Origin: the human T2T-CHM13v2.0 reference genome, Homo sapiens
Length of the DNA stretch: 64,000 nt
NCBI RefSeq assembly: GCF_009914755.1
Contig: NC_060929.1
Direction: 5' to 3' (one strand)
In this document: positions 13,003 through 26,262 of the stretch, in pieces
Layout: each line of letters starts with the position of its first letter
Position numbering within the stretch: the first letter of the stretch is position 1
Notes under the pieces: model-generated
Database searches by the model: none
The model's input: only the letters and a program-made list of their open reading frames with translations
What the model was told of the DNA's origin: nothing
Position numbers and translations under genes: made by a program

Positions 13003-14004
13003 GTAGGACCCAAGAAATTATAACATGTACTATTGCTATTTACCTGGAATTATCAATAAGTTAGATGACATTTAATTATTTTTGGTAATAAAGAAGTTTG
13101 CGTTCTACTGTTTTTCATACTGATTGTTTAAAAGCTTCAACATCTGTTTTGTACACATACACAACCAGATATGTGTAAACAATTTTTATAATAAGCCTAT
13201 AGTATAAAAAAGGATAATTCTACCTAGAGTTATCATGAGGAGGGAATGATCTTTTATGCAAACCTCCATCAGTAGTGTCGGAAACTAGCAGGAAACTACA
13301 GTGTAATTACTACACATACAAGGCTCTGCATTCTTATTCAATTACTGCCTTCGCAGGCCTTTTATATTTTTACTCAAGCATAGTAAAGACAATATGGCAT
13401 ATTCAATCTCTACTTGGATAATTATAAATAATTAAATTTATTTAAGCCCTAATTATGCATAATGAAAAAAAAACTAGCATTTCCCTGGGATGTTCATGCA
13501 ATCCCATGACTAGCTTGGCTAACTGTACACTGCAGCACAAAACTTGAAAATTATTAAGAAACCTAAAAAGCAGCAGATACCGCTAATTTAAGATGTGTCC
13601 TGGAACAAGCCGCTCAATTTCTGTGGGACTTAGCTTCCTCACCTACATAGCCCTGGGTGGAATTAATTCTTTCCAAGACGTCTTCCAGACTTCAGAGTCT
13701 GTGTTTATATGATTATCTAGTCTACCTTTTTCTTATCTCAACACAACTTAAGGAAAGCAGCACAATCCCATCTTTAGTGGTGGCAGAGATCCTCAAATGA
13801 CGTGATAGGTGCCCCCTACTGGAGTGTCTCAGAATTGCTAGTGTGGTGGGAAGGAGGAATTTGTAGATTGAAAAACAAATAAACAAACAAAAAAAACCCG
13901 CCAAAGGAAAGTAAAGTGGGGTTTTACTTCTGTTGTCCCTATTGACTAAAGTATTCCAACCATCCAAATACTAAATTTTAAAAATTATTATATTTAGAAA
14001 GCCT

Positions 14005-14481
14005 TGTGGGGGCCAAGAGAGACTTCCCCTTTGCCCTCTGGGGAGTTGCTGAAAAATCAACTCACAAAAGGCAGATTAACTGGAGAAAAGGCACACATAT
14101 TTATTTAATGTGCACATAGGGAGAATCACTGAGGGATGCCCACCATCCCAAATGGTTCAGAAGCTTAGATACTGCCTTGGCAGAACAGGTTACCTGAGAG
14201 GGGCAAAGAGAAATTCTGTTGAGGGGATTACTAGGGAGAATGAATGTCTCAGGGAACAGAAATTAGCTTGTCCATTATCTTGTGAAAGGGTCTGTTCAGG
14301 CATCATTGCATTCTTGGTTTTACAGGGAGAAGAAAAAACAATTGTTCCTTTTGGTGGGCCTGGATCTTAGGCAGATAAAGGTTTTGGGAGAGACGGTGGG
14401 TGGAGGAGGGCACTTACATGAGGTTTCTGCAGTTCAGCATGTCAAAACACATTTGGAGTTACTGATTTCTGAGCCCTAACA
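14005..14481 (-). mobile_element. ERV1 solo LTR, MER34/MER39 family
   Basis: Minus strand starts tgttagggctcagaaatc..tttgacatgctgaactg and ends cagagggcaaaggggaagtctctcttggcccccaca. Confidence 0.8.
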
Positions 14482-14491
14482 ATCTCTAATC

Positions 14492-15060
14492 CAGGGATCA
14501 TAGAAAAGCGGCCCTCAAACCATAAACAGTCTATATATGTGTTTTATACGGTCAATGTTCTTAAAATATTGGAATTTGTCACCAAAACTTACAACCCAAG
14601 AGAATTCACAAAATCCGAATTTCTGGTTTGCTTTGAAAATTCAGAGGACCAGGCTACAGTAGGCTCACCTTCTTGCAGCATGATAATGGTTGTAGCTGAG
14701 TAGCATTTGACTCCCTGACTACCATTCTCAATGGCCTCTTTAGCATTTGTCACTATGTGTTTCTCTCTTTTTCTTCTAGTAGAGAAACATTTTTCTGTAT
14801 CTCAGCTCTATCAAAGGTAGGGAATCTAAAGACAAACCATGTTTCTTATGCCATCCGATTTCATTCATTCATCATCAGTGTCTCATATTTGACTCACCAC
14901 TACTGTTTCCCACAAATTGGCCAGTCAAATAACAGGGAACTTATTTTCTGCTTTGTCACTTTGAGAAATATCGATTTGACCAGTTTTTACTCTTACTCTT
15001 TTTATTCATTTACTCTCAGGATGATTGCCAGATTTTCCCTTTCTCTGAAGCTCATTTATT
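14492..15060. mobile_element. hAT-Charlie DNA transposon remnant (Charlie8/MER102-like)
   Basis: caggg terminus-like start and gagaattcacaaaatccgaatttctggtttgctttgaaaattcagagga motif; extent uncertain. Confidence 0.5.
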
Positions 15061-15094
15061 TTAATAAAGTATAATATACTTTATTACTAATTTA

Positions 15095-15260
15095 CATTCC
15101 CAGAAAATATATGTACTATATAATATAATATATAAATATACATTAAATATACAATGTAGGTATATATTACATTTATATATTATAATACATAGTATATATA
15201 ATACTTATAATATATAACATTATATTTTCTATAATATATACATAATATATGTATAAAATA
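15095..15260. repeat. Degenerate TA-rich low-complexity tract
   Basis: Nearly all A/T, tatataat-type units. Confidence 0.85.
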
Positions 15261-16306
15261 GAAAAAAAGATCCACAACAGACACAAATACTGTCAGTCAC
15301 ACATAAAAAAATGAGCAAAACTTCCTATCAATTATAAAATGTTTCTAAAAAATATAAAAAGTATCTAAGTATAAGGAACAATATGCCATATTCATTAATA
15401 GGAAGATGCAATAATACAAAGATATCATTATCCTAGCATTCATTTATAACATCAGTAAAATGCTTAAAAATTTTTGAATTTTTTTCCATGAAACTTAATA
15501 AGCTGATTCTAAATTTATATGTAATTCCAAAAGGGTCAAATCTATTCAAGAGAATTTTCAAGAAGAAGAGGTAAAAAGACTTATCCTAAAAATTACAGGA
15601 CTTTAAGCTATGGAAGTTAAGATGGTAAGGTATTGTGACAAGAATAAAGAGACCAAACATAAATCTACATGTATGTACCCCTAATTCAACAATGTAACTA
15701 CACTTAGTCTCTAAATACCATTTCCTACTAAAATGAACAAAGGCTCCTTGGAGAAAGAGCTGATTCCAGATCTGGAAACATAATTTACAGAATTGTCAGA
15801 AATATTTTGTCACTTTCAAGAGCAAGGAAGCTCTCCAAACTACTAGGGTCATGACAAAAGGACTTAGGAGCCAACTTAAAGAGGCTCCCAGTGGCCAAAA
15901 ATAAGCATCAATAAGAATAATAACCAAAAAAAATTACGGTATTGAGGTATATATGTATAGATTCTTGAGATAACAATGTGTCTACACAACAATTACCACC
16001 ATGACAAACCTTGTTCATCACTTTTAAAGGATGCCAGAAAGCCAACTCATTTTAGTAGCTTATAAATAAAGATAAAGAATCAAATATTCTTTCTGACTTT
16101 CCAATAAAAACCATAACCCAAGGGAACCAAATAAGTAATGAAAATTTCTCTTTATAAATGATTTCTTGCTAATAAATGAAGAAAAATGACAGAATGAGAA
16201 TATCACCATTTTACAACCCTTATTGAAATAAATTAATGGAGGCAATGATTGCTAACATCATCAAAAGTAAGAAAAGACATTACATGCTTTCTAATAGAGG
16301 TACATG

Positions 16307-16839
16307 TGTTATGTACCCATGGGATTTTAATTTGTAGAGGTGACTGGGTGACAACATAGAGAAGCTAATGCCATTGAAAGATTTTTATTATTTACATTGC
16401 ACAAGCGGAGTGGGTGTATCACAGCATTCAGGGCCACATGGAGAAATGCCAGGTTTGGTCAGTAAGCAGAAGGGGTGCAGGGACAGCACGGTCCAGAGCC
16501 TTTATTGTGTTTTCCAAGGGGAAGGCAAAGCAGAGCAGTTTAGGTCGGGTTGTTTGAAGAATGTTGGCAGTTGCTAGACTATAGTGGTGGTCTTTGGTTG
16601 TCTGGTACTTGGCCCTCAGTGCTTAGGACAGAGGAACACTGCCTCTTGGAGATAAGAGCCAGATAAGAGGTGCCTCAGAGTACAGACTCCGGTTGGTTAG
16701 TTTACATGTGAAAGACATGCTTCTAGGCAAGTCTTTTACTATGTCTTGCTAGCCCTGGAGGGACAGTCTCTTCCCATTCAGAGAGGCCACTAATGCTAGA
16801 GCATTAAAAATACAAAACTAAGAAAACATAGTTAATATA
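16307..16839 (-). mobile_element. ERVL LTR, MER76-like
   Basis: cagggccacatggagaaatgccagg..agagcctttattgtgttttcc; minus strand begins tatattaactatgttttcttagttttg. Confidence 0.7.
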
Positions 16840-16897
16840 ATACATACTGCCATGTATGAAATATTACTGGAAATTCTTACATAATACCCTAGGATAG

Positions 16898-17262
16898 TAC
16901 TGTGGCTTTCATGTGTGTCCTTCCAAAATTCATGCTGAAACTTAATCCCCAATGCAACAGTATTAAGAAGTGGGACCTTTTGTGAAGTGATAGTCATGAA
17001 GGCTCTGTCATTACAATAGGATTAATACCTTTACAAAAACGCTGGAGGGAACTTGCTAGGCTCCCTTTTCCCTTTTCCCTCCAGAGGACATAGCATTCAT
17101 GGCGCCATTTGGAAGCAAAGAACAGCTCTTACCAGACATTGAATATGCTGGCACCTTGGTCTTGGACTTCCTAGCCTCCAGAACTGTGAGCAATACATGT
17201 CTATTGTTTATAAATTATGCAGTCTCAGATATTTTGTTATCATGACACTATTGGATTGAGAT
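16898..17262 (+). mobile_element. MSTD-like MaLR solo LTR
   Basis: ccaaaattcatgctgaaacttaatccccaatgcaacagt; ggcgccatttggaagc; cttggacttcctagcctccagaactgtgag. Confidence 0.85.
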
Positions 17263-17849
17263 GGAAATAATCAGCAAAACTCAGACTATGAGAAACTTTA
17301 TGTCAAATATCCCTGTTTCTTCAAAAAATGAATGTAAAAGTAATAAATAAATAGAAAAAGGGGGACATGCAGATTAAAAGAGACAAGACATCAAAATTTG
17401 GATCTTATTTGGATCTCACACAGATAAACTATAAACATGTATAATACAACTGGGAAAATTTGAACACTAACTGGATATGTAACTACGTTAAAAGATTATT
17501 GTTAAAATTTTTAGGTATGGTAATGATTTTATCATTTTTTGAAAGATTTTTTTTTATTTTATCAGTTTTTTTGAAAGAATTCTCATATTTTAGAGACATC
17601 AAATGAATTAGCTTCAGATGCAATAATGTGCTGTTAGTGACTTACTTTAAAATATCAAAAAATGATAATGGAGTGGGCGTATAGAGAGTGGCTGTGTGCC
17701 TAAACCAAGACTGACCATAAGTCAGTAATTATTGAAACTGTAAAAGAAGTACATCAAAGTTCATTATATTACATTTCACTGAGCTTAAAATTTTACATAA
17801 TAAAAATTTTTAACAGAAAGCTCACAAAAATTAAATTAGAGCCTGAGAA

Positions 17850-18570
17850 TATCTAGTTTTGCAAGGTTGTTGAGCACTGGGAGTATACCCATGACATGGA
17901 ACAATTTGGCAATATCTGGTAAATCTGAAGACAGGTATACTCCATAATGCAGCAATTTCACATCCGGATATATACCTCAGAGAAACTTTTTCACCGATAT
18001 ATGAGAATACACATACAAGCCAAAAAAAAGAGAAAATAATCTAAATGTCTATTAACAGAAAAGAGGATAAATGCACTGATGCAAACCAAAGATATTCCAC
18101 AAATGTTAAAAGTAATGAGTGAGAGCAGCATGCATCATCATGAGTATATACCAAAGCCATAATTTTTAGTAGAAAGAATGCAAGTTGCAGGATAATAGTT
18201 GTAATATCATTTACATGTAAGTTTATATAGAACTTTAAAATAAGCAAAATTATACTGTAAAGCATTTATGAATATGTAATTATACAATAAATGTTTAAAA
18301 TATATGCAGTTATAATAAACACCAAATTCAGGACAGTGATTTTTCTCTGAGAAGGAAGGGAATGGTATAGAATCTCAGAGAAATCTCCAGGGGATAAATG
18401 TGTAGGTAACACTTTTGTTTCGAATACTTCTTCTGTGAAACAAAAACAAAACTGAAGCAAATACAGCAAATTATGAAAATTCACTAAGTGGATGGTGGCT
18501 ACTTTGTGTATTGCTAAACTGTTTGCCATAGTTGTCAGCATGTTTAAAATAGTTTAACATTCTAAAATAA
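17850..18570 (+). mobile_element. L1ME-type 3' fragment
   Basis: aacaatttggcaatatct..gcagcaatttcac..atatacctcagagaaact; taaacaccaaattcaggacagtg. Confidence 0.7.
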
Positions 18571-20067
18571 AAATGGTGATGTGTTCTGTGTCAATAATGC
18601 AATAATGGAATGTTGCAGCTGTCTCAAAAGTGTCTAAAAATAATTAAATAATCTCAGCCAAGGCAAACATAATCATTCGAGGAAATTGAGAGCTTGAACC
18701 TCTGTGTGGTCAAATGGGCATTGTGACACCCAACTGGCCTCTTAGCAAAGGTTTAGCTTTAACGGCTGTTAGAAGGAGAGAATAACCTGTGTCATTACAC
18801 TAGATTCTGTTTCTAGTGCACACAATGGAGATTAGCTGTTTATTTCTTCCCCTGACTTTTGAAAATCATAGTTTCCACTTGTAATATAAAACTTTATCTT
18901 AGCTTGACTTTGTGGGGTGACTGCATGATAAGATACATATAAATCCTCACTTGTAAAACATTTCAAAGTGCCCAAATGAAACATTTGCTTCTTTTTTTAC
19001 ATTACATTCAAAACTAGGCTGTAGAAAAACAGACACTTTAGTGATGACTCTACCCAAATACTGAAGTCAAATAAGGAGCTGCAGAACAGTCTTTTCCTTG
19101 TTGGTTACAAATAGTTTCTTTCCTAATGACAAAGATATTTCAAATACTCAGGGTTTTTGTTTTTCCTTCCTCCTTTTTAAACTTATTTTCTGTCTTTCTT
19201 ATTCGTTATTAGTGTTGTCCTATAAAGGATGACCTGTGACATCTCTTAAATTCTGAGCAAGTTTCTTTTAATACTGTAGCCATATTTTAACGTCAGCAGT
19301 TGGCACTTCACATGTTCGTTCTCACGGAGTGCAATGTGTGAAATGTGCTGTAGAACTGCCCCATATGCATGACTCCACAAAGATGCCTTCTGTTGCAATC
19401 AAAGCCTGTCAGCAGTATCTTTGGGGTACAGCATAACACGTAGTGGTAAATGGAGACAGAAGGCCAGCCTCTGAGTACACTGCAAATGCTCAGCCTCTGT
19501 GAGGGTTATTCTCTGTATCTTGCTAAGGAAGCAATAGTAAGAGTCCAAATGTGTTTGGTAGAACCACTGAAAGAAAGCTCAATCAAAAATTTTTAGAATT
19601 CCCATCCCCTCAATTTCAGACTGTTAAGAAAGATCTACTTCTTTATTCAGGTGAGTGATGAAATGCCACAACTACCCTAGTGGCCTGCTTGAAGATAGCA
19701 TTGCTTTTATAGTGTTGGATGATGTACATGATCTTCAGAAGCAAGATCCTATGTAACTATGTGTGTGTGATGTTCAGGGGGCATTAGCCCAGTGCTCTCT
19801 TTTTCAAACAATGATACAAAACAGAAACAAAACAGAAAATCACCTTCAGGTTTGGGAAGAATGGTCAGATTCTAGCCTCCTTCCTTTTCCTAAGTTTTTC
19901 CTAAACTGAAAAGCACTGAAAAATGGCCTCAGTTATATAGACAGCCACAGTATGTAAGACTAGATCTGTGCTTAAGCCAGAGAAAAGACCCTCCTCTGTT
20001 TCAGCAGCCTTCCTTTCTATAGAGGTAGTGGAATGGAATAAACTCTTCAATATCTTTTTATCTATGT

Positions 20068-20070
<3 letters not shown>

Positions 20071-20112
<42 letters not shown>

Positions 20113-20130
20113 CATCCATCCATCCATCCA
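20071..20130. repeat. (TCTA)10(TCCA)5 compound tetranucleotide STR
   Basis: Counted directly. Confidence 0.95.
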
Positions 20131-20163
20131 TAGCTTCTCAGCCTTTTGGCTAAGATCAGTGTA
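20130..20163 (+). pseudogene. RNU2: 3'-truncated, tailless U2 snRNA retrocopy (first ~35 nt)
   Basis: atagcttctcagccttttggctaagatca-gtgta versus U2 5' end ATCGCTTCTCGGCCTTTTGGCTAAGATCAAGTGTA: 2 substitutions, 1 deletion. Confidence 0.9.
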
Positions 20164-21164
20164 TTTATCTACATATTTGCCTTCCATTTTCTTTCTAGTT
20201 CTCTTCTCGTCCCTTTCTTAATTTTCTTTCTCTTGTATTCATAATAACCTTTTCATTTGGTTCCTACCCCAAACCACATGTTTGTATATTTGTTCTTATA
20301 ACTTCTGGTTATTGCAGTTGTCATAATTTTTTGCTGACTGCCTTTAACAATCTCATCAAACTTGGATATCTTTAGGAAGATAAAACAACATAAAGTATCA
20401 CTCATACTAAATTTCAATATCTCAAATTAATCCAAAACATCATAATTTTTCATGAAATCCTGAGAGTTAATGGGTCAGTAAATAATTGCATGGTTTTCTC
20501 CAAAAAAAAAAAAAGTATTTTTACCACCAAAGTGAACAGAGAATGTGTATTTACCCCCCAAAAGACTCTGAAAAATATGTGAATAATTAATTCCTGCAAA
20601 CATAATTCTCATCCCCTGGTTGGAATTAATTTGACTGAAACCTTAGATGTATTCCTGAGTTTTTCTTGAGTCTACAAAGTCTACAATCTAGTCCTAGGGG
20701 TCACAGTTTGTAACAGTTCTTGGAATAACAAGAAAATCACTGCATGTGTTCAGCTCCTCTTTGTCTCTGTCTATGAACTTTCATTGGTCTAACATTTTGT
20801 CAACAGTTCATCAAGGAAATTAATGAGCAGTCTGACAGTTTTAGCTCATGGGGCCACCATTTCCATCTGTGCGGTCTTCAAGTTGTCTCTCTGGGAAGGA
20901 GTGAATACACAGGATTGTTTTAGGGGCTGGATGGAAGAACAGCATTCTTCCATCTTCATGAGTCTAATCCAATGATGATAACAAGCCCAAGTCATTCACT
21001 CTTTCTCAAAATGTGTTTACAAAATAATATTTGTTTGTTCAAGCTCTGTTGTTTGTGCAATGTTATGGTATATTTACCAGCCAATTTTCATTTCCGAAGA
21101 TCTTTGATAGTGAGCTGTTCTAACTGAAACCACATCTTTCTCATTGTTGCACCTCCACTGCCAG

Positions 21165-21380
21165 CACAGTGTTTAATTGAACAACATGGTACGCAGAACT
21201 TTACAAACATTAACTCATTTAATATCCAAAAAAGCCCTGTGAGATTGATTTTTGTCTCCATTGTAAGGATTAGGAAACTAAAGCAATAAGCCATTTAGTG
21301 ACCTTGCCCAAGGCCCAGATAGCAAGTGGCAGAGCCTGCTTCCGAAGACCCCACTACTGCTGTGCTAGATTATGCGTCAA
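21165..21380 (-). mobile_element. MIR
   Basis: attaactcatttaatatcc..gccctgtgag..ggaaactaaagc..gtgaccttgcccaagg. Confidence 0.75.
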
Positions 21381-21584
21381 TGCTATGCTGCTTTGGGAGC
21401 GTCTGTGTATTCAGTACTAGTCTGTGGATGCAAGAGCAAGTGAAAAAGACTAAAAGAGGAAAAGGGAAGGGAAAAGAAAACAATTTGAAGAACAGTTGAA
21501 GCTAAAAATATCATTAGTAATTCAGAGACAAACTGGGATTTGAGTTTCCTTCTTATAAGATAGGATCATCTGAAATAAATGCTC

Positions 21585-21940
21585 TCATTTTATTTTAATA
21601 TAATTTTGATAACTATAAAATATAGGTAACTTAATTTTTGGAGCATAATAATAATATAATGAATACCCATGAACCCACCACTTACCTCAAAACTAGAACA
21701 TGACTCATCTGTGTGTTTTTTCTCTAGCTCATCTTCTGGTCTTCCCCCAGAAGTAAGAGCTACACTGAATTTTGTGAATATCATCCCCTTCCCATTTTAA
21801 TATAGTTTTATCATATATATAGGTAGCCTAAACAAGCTTTTCTTGTTTTTGGTCTTTATCAAAATGATATGATACTATTTAAAATTCTCTTTTGCCTTTT
21901 TCACTTAAAGTTATCTTAACAAGATTCATCTATGTTGAAT
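21585..21940 (-). mobile_element. L1ME-type 3' UTR fragment
   Basis: aatgaatacccatgaacccacca..ccccagaagtaag..ctgaattttgtg..aagattcatctatgttg. Confidence 0.7.
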
Positions 21941-21988
21941 AGAATGAACTCTCCTTTATAAAATGTCATAGGAGTTTTCAAAACACTT

Positions 21989-22294
21989 TGTTTGTTTGTT
22001 TGTTTGTTTGTTTTTGAGACGGAGTCTCGCTCTGTCGCCCAGGCTAGCGTGCAGTGGCGCAATCTCGGCTCACCGCAACCTCACCTCCTGGATTCAAGCA
22101 ATTCTCCTGCCTCAGCCTCCCGCATAGCTGGGACTACAGGCACGTGCCACCATGCCCAGCTAATTTTTGTTTTTTTAGTAGAGACGGGGTTTCACCATGT
22201 TGGCCAGGATGGTCTCAGTCTCTTGACTTCGTGATCTGCCTGCCTTGGCCTCCCAAAATGCTGGAATTACAGGCGTGAGCCCCCACGCCCGGCC
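21989..22294 (-). mobile_element. AluSc-like, full length, (GTTT)n tail
   Basis: ggccaggatggtctc..tcttgac(c/t)tcgtgat; TSD tcaaaacactt at 21978-21988 and 22296-22306. Confidence 0.92.
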
Positions 22295-23584
22295 CTCAAA
22301 ACACTTCTATATAAATTATCTCATTTCATTCACATAAAATCTATTGGAAATAAGTAGATTGCTCTAATTTTTCCTATTTTTTAAATTGCGATAGTACCAA
22401 AAACCATGCTGGCAGCCACTAACAAATCTGGGTGTTTGGCTGGGCCCGCCCACGTGCTTCAAGGCCCACATGTCATTATGGGCTCCAGGTCTTGCAACAA
22501 ACAGGGATATTACGAACTTTGCATATCAGTAAGTCTGTTTGAATGCTTGTAATTGTGATTTTATTTTCCATGTGGTATGGGTGTTCTCTCATTATATTGA
22601 GAGAGAAAAAATAAAATAAAAAAGCAATCAAAGCGCTCAGGACTTCTTGGAAATTCATTTTATTTCCATATGTATGGCACATAAATAAAGCTTTATGTTC
22701 ATTCCAAATGTGACTGTCATGTCCATTTCACCATAGCTGATAGGATATGGTAAACAATAGCATATGTAAATTCCCACCAAAAATATATATCTGGAGGAAG
22801 TTCTGTCTTTTATTACCTTGCAAATTTCTTTTTTAGACATTCTTTCAGCTGCCTGGCAAGCATGTGAGGCAGTAAGAGACCTGACGTTCCTGTGGTTGGC
22901 TTGAGTTTTGTGTTATTTATTACTCAGGGATGTGTTAATATCTACTACCTTACAAAATAGCTACAGCAGAAAAACTAGAATTCTGCTTCCCACACGAAAT
23001 TTGCAAAACAAATATGCCAGTGGGCCATAACACCTGTGAGATTAAGATCTCAGAAAGCTCAGTTGACTAAAATGAAAAAATGCCCAATTCTCTGATGGTT
23101 TCCTCCATGGCATTGGACTAACAGATAATTCTTCATCGGACATGGTATATTTAATGCAACATTAGATACTTTCTCCATAACTTTTTACTAAAGTTATGTC
23201 AGTATAAGGGAATTTATTAATAATTGAATAAACTAACATGGTAATTCAGAGCACACTTCCCTGACCATCAGGAAAGGGGTGAGGAATGGATTTTTCACAT
23301 AAACTTTTCAAGTTTACTCTTACCTGTGGGTTGATTAGTCATTACTTCCAACGAGTAAAATACATGTATATACCACCATCAGAGTTGTCTGTAAAAGCAG
23401 TGAGAACTGCCTTGTGTTAAATAGTAAGACTAAAGCATTGACCGTCTTAAAGATAAAAACAAGTTGTTCTGTATCTTAAGTAGCCAAAAGATCTGCTTCC
23501 TTTTGAGGTCACATGATGTAAGAAAAAAATACTGAGCAAAAGTTGTTTTCCCTCGCCACATTGGCCTGCAATACCATGAAAAGT

Positions 23585-23805
23585 TTGGGAGCACACATTT
23601 AGAGTCTGTCGGACTAGGGTTCAAGTCCTATCTTTGCTACTTAATACATTTGTACCTTAAAAAACTGTCTTAACCTCATTGAACATCAGTTTTCAATATC
23701 ACAAAATGGAGACTTTCTTCTGGTCTTTATCCACAGGCTTGTTATGAATATTAAAGGAGGTAAACCACCTGACAGTGTCTGACATGTAGCAAGGGCTCCT
23801 TAGAG
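23585..23805 (+). mobile_element. MIR
   Basis: tttagagtctgtcggactagggttcaagtcc..cttaacctcattgaacatcagtttt..aaaatggag. Confidence 0.8.
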
Positions 23806-25374
23806 AGAGTGTCTTCTTGGGCAATCTGATATCCTGCTGATATAAACAGCTCTATCATACTTGCCATTCTAGAACCATGTTTCCTGCAGACAGAGAGTTG
23901 GTGATTGCATTCTCAGACATCACTCAGCCTTTGGTTTCCATGTGTCCCACAGCTGGAGCTGGGGGACAGGAGTCAGTGCTCAGCAGCACATGAGCTGCCA
24001 GTTTGCACCAGAGCTGCACTTTCTGTGCTCAGCCATCTGACCTGCAGGAAGAGGTCCAGAAGCCTCCTGTCTCCTCAGTGTAATCCCTATGGAGAGTCTG
24101 TGTACACAACCCAATTTCATTTTGCCTCCACATGGCGATTGTTGTCCTTTTCTAGGGCTTTGTGTTTTCTTTCTTACTAGGTCCTTTTCATGTTGAAGTT
24201 GGGCAAGACCTACCTGCACAGCAGGCATGCTCACTCCTCCTGAGGAGTATCCATCTCTTGTTTCTACCCAGCATGGTTAAAGATGGTTGTTTTGTGAAAC
24301 AAACAGGCTTGGCCCAAGTTAGGGCTAACAGGATGTGTTACTCCTCAGGGGTGAAAGAAAAGGAAAAGTCCCGCATGAGGTGCTCTCTCACCCCATTACT
24401 CTGTTGGAAATGGTCAGGAAGAGCAAAGAAAGTCTGGACAAAAGAAATAAAGTTAGATTTGCTAGTTTCGATCAGAGACTTTTGCCTCAGAAACAAAAGC
24501 GGGCATGATATTTTAAAGATAAAATTCACTTGGAAACTATAATCAAGCAGCATAAATGTACTTATGATATGAAACTGAAATTAGAAGTGCCATTCTCAAA
24601 ACTGAGTGATCCCAAAGGGCTTCTGATGACTGGTGTTTAACTAAACTATGATGATTTTACCTCACCACTGAATAACATGTATCACAGAGATGCAGAATGA
24701 AAAAAAGGAGAGGGGTCCTTCGGATTCTGTTCAGGAATGGAACTTGGAAAGAATAAGGGGAGAGTGGAGAAAGGGAAATCTAAAGGAAAGTCATGGAGTG
24801 AGTTGAAAAAAACGAATCTCAAACAAGGAATGGCTGTTCCCTGAATTCAGAGTTCTTTGGGAGCTTCTTCCTTCCCCAGGACTGAAATCTCAAGGTTATT
24901 TCTTGCCCACTCCTTTCCTTCTCTTTAGATGTGTATGGACAGGCAGTCAGTTAGAGGTGAGAGCCATGCCTGGCAATTTCTTAGGCCGTATGTTCCTCTC
25001 ATGGTATAGCTTAACCTTTGGCTGTTTGACTTGTCATTTCTTTTTCCCAGTATAATTCTCCTGCTTATGGTCATTCTTGAAGTCTATACAATAAACTGCA
25101 TTAGTCAGGACTGCCTAGGGTTCTCCATTTAAACAGATTTTGAACACAAATATATTTCCATTGAAATTATCTTCATGCACTCTAGCACACATTCCTTAAA
25201 ACACTTAACTTTTTAAGAAAAAAATAACTATTGATTGTGATGGTGGTTTCAAAACTCCTAAAACTGTACATTAAAAAGGGTGAAATGTATGTAAATTACA
25301 CCTCCATTTTAAAAAAGCTTTTTAAAAAAGTAAATGTTGCCACATTATCTGCTATAGACAAGTAGAGCAAGTAG

Positions 25375-25510
25375 GGAATCATGTACTGAAACTAAGAACA
25401 TCACAAGCCCTAGATTTTTAGGCCCAATAAGCCACTAATTAACTGTAGGATCTTAGGCATGCAATTTCGTCTTTAACAAGTCAGTTTTATCATCTGTAAA
25501 ATGAGGAATG
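25375..25510 (+). mobile_element. MIR fragment
   Basis: gccactaattaactgtaggatcttaggc..tcagttttatcatctgtaaaatgagg. Confidence 0.7.
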
Positions 25511-25554
25511 TGTTCAGATTAGCATTTGTGAAAGTATGTTTGGCAAAATACTAA

Positions 25555-25878
<324 letters not shown>

Positions 25879-25894
25879 TTAATTTTTTAACTAT

Positions 25895-26024
25895 TAATAT
25901 TTTTTAATAGAGATGGGATCTCACTCTGTTGTCCAGGCTGTTCTGGAACTCTGATACTCAAGAGATCTTCCTGCCTCAGCCTCCCAAACTGCTTGGGTTA
26001 CAGGTGTGAGCCACCACACCCAGC
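25895..26024 (-). mobile_element. FLAM/AluJ left monomer
   Basis: agagatgggatctcactctgttgtccaggctg..ctcaagagatcttcctgcctcagcctccc. Confidence 0.85.
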
Positions 26025-26029
26025 CATGT

Positions 26030-26262
26030 TTGTAGTTTTTATGTGAGGCAAAAAAAGGTTTCCTTCATCAAATATTTTAAAGAATGGTTACATCAAGTAA
26101 AATGAAGTAGATTCATGAAGTACAGGATATGTCACAGCTTTTTCACCATGTGAAAATGTATACACCGTTTCCTCAGCTTATCCAATCACTATAGTCTTTA
26201 TCTACTCCACCCCACTCAGCCTTCAGCATCTGCGGGTTTAATGTATAAATGCTGGGAAACAC
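26030..26262. mobile_element. hAT-Charlie MER-type remnant
   Basis: tacaggatatgtcacagcttt..gtttcctcagcttat..gctgggaaacact; probably began near 25520 before the Alu insertions. Confidence 0.4.

Larger units (their letters stand above)
15300..17812 (+). mobile_element. L1MC4-like element (ORF2 piece plus long 3' UTR) interrupted by two LTRs
   Basis: atgccatattcattaataggaaga; ggctccttggagaaa; gaggctcccagtggccaaa; resumes at ~17265 aatcagcaaaactcagact and ends aaattttacataataaaaattt. Confidence 0.75.
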
